This document shows positions 50,386-59,500 of a DNA stretch of 64,000 nucleotides, in pieces; position 1 is the stretch's first letter, and each line of letters opens with the position of its first letter. Both the position numbers and the translations under genes were made by a program. Under the pieces are notes generated by a model, which had not been told where the DNA came from, did no database searches, and saw nothing but the letters and a program-made list of their open reading frames with translations. Origin of the DNA: Phallusia mammillata (Eukaryota); NCBI GenBank assembly GCA_965637545.1, contig OZ281494.1, positions 21,886,001 to 21,950,000 on the forward strand, in the 5' to 3' direction.

Positions 50386-52029
50386 CTCTAGTGTAGACTG
50401 TAGATTTACAAACAAATGTTTAAACAATGGACGACGCTTTTGTTCTGCCTTTACTGACTTTTGATCTCCACCACAAGCCTAATTTTTGAGCTCCTGTACA
50501 GCATTTTCATGCAAAAAATATTTACTGGTTTTAATACTTTAATTAACCTTCAATCCCAAATGGTTGGTAATAAAAAGTGACCGTACACATGAAAATTACG
50601 GCTCGTATATACTCTACAATCAAAAATGTAAAAACTGAAATCAACCTATTTTGACGGGTTAAGGCATCCAACTGAATCAAATATTTTACTTCGCGCGTAA
50701 ACGGTTGGTTATTTATCGCAGGTTTGCCTTTTTCTTTTCTTTGTCAGTTTCCACATTTGCTGAATAGATCTGCCTCTTGTCTTTTAACGATTGTAACCTT
50801 AACCAATACATCTGTTTCAAACACAAACGTTTGCAGTTTGCCTGTGTTGCATAAAAAACGACAGGAAAAAAATCTCCTTGCCTTACAAACTAACAATGGA
50901 GCCCAGGATGTTGCCCAAGTCAGATAACTTGTAACAATTGAAATTGAGATTTTTTTTACTAGAAAACACCCTATTTTTCGTGCACCTTCTGCTCGCTACG
51001 TTTTGGCTCAACAGAGTATTTTTTTATCAAACCGACATTTAATGAGCGAGTAGCAAACCTTTTTTTTCAACACGAGGGCTCAGAGCTTGTCGGGTTTTAC
51101 AAAATTGCTCTTTGCAACCCAGAAAAATGGGAAAAATACCTCATATACCACATCAAACAGTTTTCGTTTGTTGTTAACTCAGTTAGATGTAAAGTATTTT
51201 AATCGAATTTTAAGACACCTTCCAGGCCTTAAACAGCCAATAAATGGTTATACGTTTATCAGGACATGTACATTTTCAGCCTTTCAGAATTTTGAAAGTG
51301 GCGCTAATATGATTCACCACTATTTCTTTCAATCGACATGAGAAAATGGTACTACAATGCCGCTTCGAAAGGGAATCATTTGTTGATTTGCCGAAAGCCC
51401 GCAAAAGGAAAATACGTTTGTAAACCATCGTTGCACAAATCTTGCGTCATTTTTTATCACTACTTACGTCATCTGCTTTCGGCCGTTTTATCAAACAGTT
51501 GAGTTCAGGAACGAGGTTTTGTAACCAAGGTTCCTGTTTATAATTTATTTTGGTACTTTTCAGGGTGCAATTAGTCGATTGTCTACTATTAGCTGACATT
51601 AACAACCCCAGGCAATAAAACATCATGTTGCAATTTTTCAAAGCAAGTAAAGAAACGAGCGGATAAACCACGATTGTTTAGCACAATAATTCACTCTGAC
51701 TGTAAATCGAGAAATGACGATGTCGTCTGCTTCGCCATTCTTCTCTGACAATTACAAAAAGGGTTGCCAGGCAAATTCTTTGGGTGATTGTTACGACAAC
51801 AAACCAACTTAAGAAGACTATACTGCTGACAGAAAGTGTGATGTACACGTAAGTGATACCAGAGATACACTTTGTTAAATTTGTGTGAATAAATAGGGCT
51901 TTATATTTTAATCGGCGTGTAATTAACGAATTCATCTCAACTTTGAGCCAGTGGTTCTTAACCTTTTTGTTAGCGTTACTTGAGAAAATTAACTTCATTT
52001 TCTTTGGCCCGTGAAAAAACCATAATAAC

Positions 52030-52341
52030 TACAGATGTATCGAATCAGCTTAATTTGGGTTCGGCCGAAACCGAATATTGGACAGTTTTTGCCGAATAAA
52101 TTCGGCCGAATCAAATTCATTTATGACGTCACGCGAACTCGTAAAGGTTTTTCTTCCAGGCAAACAGTGGTGCTATACAACAGGATGCGTTTCATTATAC
52201 TTTTAGTTTTGTGGGATTTAAGATTGTCCCGGTCATGTTTCGGCCGAATCGCAACAAATCATTAGGCCGAAACAGAGTCTTTGCAAAAATAGCCGGTTCG
52301 ACCGAATAAATATCGCAAAACAAATATTCGTTACACCTCTA
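52030..52341. mobile_element. hAT (Ac-like) MITE, shorter relative of 48781-49299
   Basis: Degenerate TIRs, perfect TSD ATAATAAC, shared TTCGGCCGAA motifs and internal sequence. It lies just after a lone CAGTGGTTCTTAACC hAT end at ~51949. Confidence 0.88.
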
Positions 52342-52855
52342 ATAATAACCGACTATGGCACCACGAAACTAAAACAGAATGATGTAATTACCTCCTAAAA
52401 ATGTCAAATTAGTTGTTGTGGAATAATTACTCACATGATAGGAATCACTATACCAAAATGTTTTTAATTTGGATGTACATTTAAATGCTGTTAAAAAATC
52501 CAACAAACTGTAGCCTGAACATTTACATGATTATTCATTGACATGACACCGTGTAGCCTTGGGGTAAACTGCTTGTGCTTATTGCCCATCAATGTTTCTG
52601 CACACCATCCCACAGTAGGCCGATCAGAATCATCACTGCCAATTGTTCCAAAAAGTTAAGCTTTCGCTATAGGCCAGAATTGTAAGATGTAATAGAAATT
52701 TAATTCTTTGTCACTTGTTACTTTGATGTACTGGTTATGATAATTTTGTTTTCTGATCACAAAGCTTGCTACGAGTATGATTCAACGCAAATGACAGATT
52801 AGTGCGATATCTTTATTTACAAGCACATAAAGTAATACCACAATCGAAACAGCAC

Positions 52856-53908
52856 TTATTGTATGACCCCTTTTATCCGGTAAACTTCTATCATTAACTC
52901 CTTCAAATAATCAATTTCCCGAGATATCTGGTTTACTTTATCGTTTAGCGTCCGATTTCGGTCCAATAGTTTGGATTCTTCGCCCTTTTTTTCCATTTGT
53001 TCTTGGCGTTTTCGTTCCCGATACCGCGTCGCGGCGTTTTTGTTTTGGTCCCGTTTTCGCTGTTTTCTCTCCTGCACCGAAGTTACTTTGTTTTTTCTCC
53101 CAGGTTTAGATTTTGGGATTGGAGTGATATTGTCCACAACCTCCCTTTGTTGTGGTTCAATCGAGTCTGTATATGAGCTTAAAAGCATTTGCAGTTCGGT
53201 TGGGTTGCTGTTGGCAACAAGAGGAACTTTAGGTGGTGCAGACAGTTCCAGATTAAACAATAGCGAATCGTTGGCCGCAAAATCGACCTCCAGATGCGAA
53301 AGCATAGACCTGGCAACAACATTACAAGCAGCATCACTACTAGAAACTGGGGAACTTTGGTACAAAAAAGATGCGACGTCATCAGACGTATTGTCATGTA
53401 CGGCAATGTCTGTAGGTGGTGAAGCGCACACTTCTGTTTCCAAGTTGGACAGAGCGATTCCTGGCGAAGCTACGCCTGAATCGTAACTTTCAGCTGGCGA
53501 GGCAGGTCCTTTTCCCAGTTCGTTGTTGAGGGAAACATCAACTCGATCTTTTGCGGCTTCAAACAGACCAATGAAGTCCGCGTCAAAGTCGCTTAAATCA
53601 ACTTTTTCGGACATCCAGTCCGCACTCGGGGAAGGAAGCGCTGTAAAAAGTAGCTTATAAATTAACATGTCTCGCGGTTCCCAGAAGGCTTGACCTTTTA
53701 TTACATTTAGTGCCAATTTACCGTAAGCATAGTCGTTGGTAACAAATTCACCACCACATGGCGCTGTTTGCATCAAGGTGGCTTCATCCACCTGCTTGAC
53801 ATCTAGACCTTCGTCAAGTGCCAAGAACGGGAGGGAGTCCCCCAGCAAGTTGCCTCCAAATAGGAGGATATCTTCGGAACCGTACATCGAACTCATGTCG
53901 TTCATCAT
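52856..53908 (-). CDS. ATF4: ATF4/ATF5-family bZIP transcription factor; likely two coding exons (53908-53722, 53640-52856; 323 aa)
   Basis: C-terminal bZIP KQRKRDQNKNAATRYRERKR...ISREIDYLKELMIEVY, conserved DWMSEKVDLSDF motif and DSGVAS beta-TrCP-type phosphodegron. An 81-nt GT-AG intron at 53721-53641 is in frame. AATAAA lies at 52817-52812. ATF4 versus ATF5 cannot be separated; probably a pre-duplication orthologue. Confidence 0.95.
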   Translation of the reverse strand: MMNDMSSMYGSEDILLFGGNLLGDSLPFLALDEGLDVKQVDEATLMQTAPCGGEFVTNDYAYGKLALNVIKGQAFWEPRDMLIYKLLFTALPSPSADWMSEKVDLSDFDADFIGLFEAAKDRVDVSLNNELGKGPASPAESYDSGVASPGIALSNLETEVCASPPTDIAVHDNTSDDVASFLYQSSPVSSSDAACNVVARSMLSHLEVDFAANDSLLFNLELSAPPKVPLVANSNPTELQMLLSSYTDSIEPQQREVVDNITPIPKSKPGRKNKVTSVQERKQRKRDQNKNAATRYRERKRQEQMEKKGEESKLLDRNRTLNDKVNQISREIDYLKELMIEVYRIKGVIQ

Positions 53909-54176
53909 TGTTTATAAAGCCTGGTATATGGCTGACGAGAATTTTTTCGGAAGGTAATCCATTGCTTAAGGAACTGTAACAAAGCATAACCGTCGATACA
54001 GTGTATAGGCCAGATTACCAAAACAAGTAAACAAGATTTTACTTTACACATTTGGCATTGAGCGTCATTCGTCATGCATATTTTTAATTTGATTTAACCA
54101 ATAAAAATCGAACACAAATATACTGTAAGCTTACATAACAAGCAAACAAAACTTACTCCATGCTTGCAGTTGGCAT
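53814..54176 (-). promoter_or_regulatory. ATF4/5 uORF2: 59 codons, split by intron 54156-53974, overlapping the main CDS out of frame
   Basis: ATG at 54176, donor GA|gtaagt, acceptor ttgttacag|T. The spliced frame MPTASMDSLSNG...GLPPVLGT ends at TGA 53816-53814, 95 nt inside the main ORF. Confidence 0.8.
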
Positions 54177-54203
54177 AGACGTCGTTGCGTCCGTTGCAAT
54201 CCT

Positions 54204-54215
54204 TTACAGAGCCAT
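54204..54215 (-). promoter_or_regulatory. ATF4/5 uORF1 (ATG GCT CTG TAA, Met-Ala-Leu)
   Basis: Three-codon uORF in strong context (ccaacATGG), matching the length of uORF1 in vertebrate ATF4/ATF5. Confidence 0.85.
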
Positions 54216-54524
54216 GTTGGCCCACAATTTTTCAATAAAAATACGTTCAACTTCGACAAAACACAGCAACAAGTGATGAACACAAAGCTCGTCAACAGTT
54301 GAGAACTTGTGACACCTACGACACAATATTCATCCGCACAAGAAAAGCACCTTTTTAGTGTTAGTTAAACATAATATTACTCTTCTTTTAGTAGTATGTT
54401 ACATTAATTCTTTTTTTGTTACCATGTGAAGAAACGTATAAAAAATAGACAATTTTTAAAATAATTTAGGACTACTTCCACTCTTCCCAAGCGGAAGGAC
54501 ATTAATTCTTTGTTGTATTTCGGC

Positions 54525-54552
54525 TGATGCAATAATCGCCCAAATCACGTGA
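54525..54552. promoter_or_regulatory. C/EBP-ATF response element (TGATGCAAT) plus TCACGTGA E-box in the ATF4-TSEN34 divergent intergenic region
   Basis: TGATGCAAT at 54525-54533 and TCACGTGA at 54545-54552, with GGGGCGTG boxes at about 54555 and 54592. Motif match only. Confidence 0.5.
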
Positions 54553-54815
54553 AGGGGGCGTGATAGCTTACCTCATGATGTGGGTGTACACGGGGCGTGT
54601 CTGTTTCGGTTGTTTCCTTAAAAGCATGAAATAAGAAAGGACATCTTATCAGAAAACTACCGTAATCGCATTGGAAAAGTTGACAAATTTTAATACCTTA
54701 TTACATGACTAAGGGCACTTTATAATATCTGCATGACAAAACAAAAGCCAACCCAGCATAAAATGTTAACTTGAATTTACATATTGCAGAGCTCTGTTCT
54801 GGTAACTAATTAATA

Positions 54816-55688
54816 ATGGAAAAGGAAAAATGTGATGAGCCATCTGCACTTTCTATTACTCTTCATTTCTGCAATGGAAGATATTTTGTTTGGAATCCCA
54901 TTGAAATAATGCATATAAGAGAAAATTTACACATTATTGGATTTGCTGTTGGATGTTACCCACCTAAGCCACGTCAAAATGTCCAACTATCAGTTCCAGT
55001 TCAACTAACCAATGTAGAAGCAAAGTTTGTGGTTGATAATGCACCATGTGTGTTGGTTAACAAGAATTGTTTATCAACTTCACAACCATCGCCTGAGGAG
55101 TTTATGCTAAAAAGAAAACAACAACATGAAATTCAAATGCATATCAAAGGAAAAGAAAAAGTAACCCTGATTGATTCTTTGGAAACCACTATAAAAGAAG
55201 GCAAATTACAAAAAAAGAAAAAAATAACTGATGATCACAACAGCACTTGTGATATGGAATCTGATTTTGAAAAGTTAAAAGAATCTGAATTACATAAAGT
55301 CCAACAACTTCACACTAATCAGCTATGGATAAAAACAGAACAACAGGGAACATGCCTCAACACTCTTTCAATAAACAGTGCTCAAATACATTTAGATGCA
55401 GATGAGGCACTACAGTATTGTGTATTTAAAGATTTGCATTCCAAGGGATATTTTTTGACTGATGGATTAAAATTCGGTGGACACTTTTTAGTATATCCAG
55501 GTGAACCGGGTATTTATCACTCAATGTACATTGCAGTGTGTTTATCATGTGAAACACAATTAACTGCAGCAGACTATTCTGCAATGGGGCGCTTGGCATC
55601 AACTGTAAAAAAAACATTGCTATTGTGCTCTGCAGATAAAAAAGACTGCGTTAAATATTTGTCAGTTGCTTGGTCTGGATTGTCATGA
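54816..55688 (+). CDS. TSEN34: tRNA-splicing endonuclease catalytic subunit Sen34; intronless CDS
   Basis: VFKDLHSKGYFLTDGLKFGGHFLVYPGEPGIYHS...GRLASTVKKTLLLCS carries the Tyr/His/Lys catalytic motifs, and the N-terminal PRQNVQLSVPVQL matches Sen34. AATAAA at 55872-55877 is followed by a GT-rich tract. Confidence 0.95.
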   Translation: MEKEKCDEPSALSITLHFCNGRYFVWNPIEIMHIRENLHIIGFAVGCYPPKPRQNVQLSVPVQLTNVEAKFVVDNAPCVLVNKNCLSTSQPSPEEFMLKRKQQHEIQMHIKGKEKVTLIDSLETTIKEGKLQKKKKITDDHNSTCDMESDFEKLKESELHKVQQLHTNQLWIKTEQQGTCLNTLSINSAQIHLDADEALQYCVFKDLHSKGYFLTDGLKFGGHFLVYPGEPGIYHSMYIAVCLSCETQLTAADYSAMGRLASTVKKTLLLCSADKKDCVKYLSVAWSGLS

Positions 55689-56501
55689 GTACTGTGTTAA
55701 CAATTTAAAGTGATAATGTTTAATAATGCCCATAGTTATTGGCTCTTTGGTAAATGTTATTATTTCCTAATGGCATGGTTTGTACAAGGAAAAGCCGGTA
55801 TCACAATTGAAAAAACAAACCATGGGCAAATAATCCTTTTACGCAGTTTGAACTATGGTTGTTGAGAAGTGAATAAACTATCCGATTTGTGATTTTGTGT
55901 TGGCTCGTCACGTGAGTGGGCGCAAAAAGCACAGGATAATATTCCAATACTCTTGCCCATTGACATGAGACATTACACAGCAGCTTGGGGCATCAAATTC
56001 AGTCATTGGACGGTTGAGATAAATTACCAGACATTGTACACCAGTCACAGAAAGTGAAGACGTATATTTAAATTGAATTGGATCAAAAAATGTATTTGTT
56101 ACAGCAAAAAAGAAATCAAGCCCCAAAAAATATTATGTACACGAACCGTTGTGAAATGAAAAATATAATACGATTTCTTTGATTAGTACTTATTCTTAAT
56201 AGAGAGGTAAACATTAAACTGGAGAGAGTTCAGGCTTGTCAGAGGCTGTGCAATGCGCATAGTTGTGTTGTTTGTTTGACTTTTTGATTGCGAAACAAGT
56301 CGTTTTCCAAAACTAAGTAACTACATGTAATGTAATATCACTTAAACAACCTGCCTGAACTATTACGCTCAATAATTGTCTAACTTTAAAAGAGCTTGAT
56401 CACCCTTAGTCCCTTACTCACGTTCCAATGACAATTTAATTTGTTTAGATACTGTTGTTATAATTGATTAGTTAGTCAACGTAAAATCCTAAAACGCCAT
56501 A

Positions 56502-59500
56502 ATGTCTGAGACAGATGCAGAAATTCCAGCATGGGAAAAGGCACGAAAAGCATTGGACGAAATAAGTGAACAAAACAAAAAGGCAAGATGAATATTTTTT
56601 TATGATTTTCTTAAAACAGCAGTTCTCAAACTAGGATCTCACTACCTTGTGACAATGCAATTTCTAAGATGCTGCAAAGAGGCTTAAATCTTTGTAAAAT
56701 TGTTCATGTGATGTATGATTGTTTTGACTGTATGACGCAATTCTACACAAGAATGTCATGTAACAAAATGGTCCTATATTTCATTACGAGTAACAAAAAG
56801 CGCACAAGTTTTTTTTTTTAAATTTACATGCCATTTTTTTTAGTTGCACGCACAAAGTTACAATGTATTGTGACCGATATAATTGGTCTGGCTTAAACAT
56901 TATGATTTTGTCTTTACTAATGCAGTACATAACTAAAATGTAATTGATATTATTGAACTTCCAGTTTTAATGAAATAAGTTTTTGCTTAATTGAACGATT
57001 TGTTTAAACAAGATTTTTTTGTTGTACTAGGAGGATACTGTGAAGAACCCTTACCAGTATGGCCAGATGGGAATGCAGCAAATGTCAAGTCCAAACAGAT
57101 TTTATAGCCAATGGCCAGGCCAAGGTTATGGCTCTGGAGGTTATGGATATCCAAATTTTTCCGCTGGTTATCAAGGATATGGCAATATGCCACAAAGATA
57201 CAGAATGCCATTTAATTATGGGCATAATAATCAAATAAGAACACCACAGGTACATAATTGCCCTTGTTTACACTCATTTCTTGTGGTATTTTGTGTGCAG
57301 CGTTGTATTTCTGTGTGTAGCAGCAATGGTTAACCATTTTCCAGACAATTTTTGTTTAGGAGACCACCAAGTATTTCAAAAAACCATGTCATTGTAAAAA
57401 AATATTGTGAATATGCTAAGATTTTAGTTTGCTTTTAAATGCCCTTTACATCATTTACATCATTGGTTGCTATATGTTTTTTTTTGTTTATGGTTTCGAA
57501 TTCAATATCCCAACACAAAGAGAATGCTGTTACTGTTACTGATTTCAAATTAAAACCCAGCTGTTGTCAATTAGCAGTTGTAGTGTGTTGGAATATCTGT
57601 ACATTTATGTTGGTAGAACTAAGTATGCTTTAAATTTCCAAAAAGTTATGCAAAACATGTATAATATTTAAGGATTTAATTGAGTGCATTGGAGTTTCCT
57701 TACTCATTGCTTGTTTTTTCAGTACAATCAGTTTGAGGGAACTAACATATACACAAGTTTTGATAAGCAAGAAAACAGTCCAAAGTCGAAGTTTTTTCAA
57801 GGAGCAAAAAGTAACTTGCCAAGAATGCAGCCTCCTTTACCACCACAACCCCCACCACCACCAGCACCAACCTCTTATGCTGCTGCACTGAAAGGTCCCC
57901 CACCACAGCATATCGACTCAGCCAAATCACTTGGTTCGTTTAACAAGCCAGGAAAAAGTAAGTGTATTCAACAAATCTTCTGATGTATTTGATGTTTTAA
58001 ATTAACTATGTGAATAGTTGTTTAGGATTTAGAACATTGACACTATTTTAATGTCATATTTATTTTTCATTGGGTCATAGTGTACACTAAAAAAGTGTGC
58101 AAACACAATTTTGTTTCAAATTGTTAATGTCAAAACACCAGGTACGTGATACAACCTGCTTTTATAAAACCTTTAGCCAGCCAATTGATCTGGATACACC
58201 TAACCAACATTTCGCAATTGTATTTTCAAAAAAACAATTAATAACAGAAAAATCATTAATATTACTTGTACCGTTTATGTTTGTCTCAAACTCGCAACAT
58301 GTTTGACAGATTGTGATAAAACTCTTTTCTAACTTGTAAATACTTGTGGTTATGGTGGTGTGTCATAAAATGGAGTTTATGCCTTTATTGTTACCTCTGT
58401 ATATGTATAAGTCACAAAGCACAAGAGACTTCGTATGAGGGATTATAACATCATTTACATGTAGAATATAGTAATGCTTTTAGATACCAATGATGCCTCA
58501 CCATATATGTACTTTCTTGAAAACATATACATTTATACATGTACTTTCTTGAAAATGTTGCTTACTTTACAACTTTACAAAGAATAAAATGTGTTTTGGC
58601 AACACCATGTATAAAAAGTTTAATTATTTGCAAGTTTGCATGTTGTTTTAAGTTTGTAACACCTCACTTTTTTAGGTGGAATACGTTTTAATTTGGATTG
58701 GAACAACAAAACCAACAAAACAAATTCCCCTTTGCCTAAAGATCCAGTTGCGCAAAAACCAACTCCTTTTTTGACTGAGGAAAAGCCAGGAGTCGCATCA
58801 ACTTTAATTAGCAAAGACACTACGCAAACCCCGAAGGTATATTAAACTAAAATTAGAATAACTGTTTTAAAAGGATTATGTAGAAATTTGTTAGTAGCTG
58901 AATTTTTTTCAAATGGATGTCTTCTGTTTTAAAGTTTGAAAAATGTACCGTCAATGCAGGTTTATGGCTCCTCTTCCATGATTAACTCAGCAGATGATTG
59001 GAAGTGTTTTTTACCTTTCTTTTTTATTACTTGACAATTATATGACAATGTAATGATGGAATAAGAATTAGGACAAAACGTTTTAAGCTTTGGTTGATGC
59101 TTTGTCCTGATTTGTCCTTGAGAATCTAAAAATCATCACACAATCTTTGTACCATAACCAATTCGCATAAACATGAGTGTGGAGACCCATTCGTTTTTGC
59201 TTGCAAAAATAAAAATAGTAGTACGTCAAATAATGTGGATAGTAAATCGGTTAAAATTTATGTTGAATATATAAAATGGAGATATATATTAAGAATTTTT
59301 TTTGTTTTTTTTCAATGACAGTAAGGGTTTGACACCGACAAGTTAGTTTGCAACATTTACTCAACTGCTTTTTGAAAATGCTTAAGCAGCAATTTGTAAC
59401 CTTACAGCTTGTTGATACTCCTAAAATTTTAGTCATAATCATTTTAAGTTTTAACACATGTTGATGTTGACTTTTACACGGTTGCGTAAATAAGGTTAAA

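Noticed and set aside
52971-53486. 171-aa antisense ORF over ATF4
   Set aside because: Shadow of the coding strand; no motif or independent signals.
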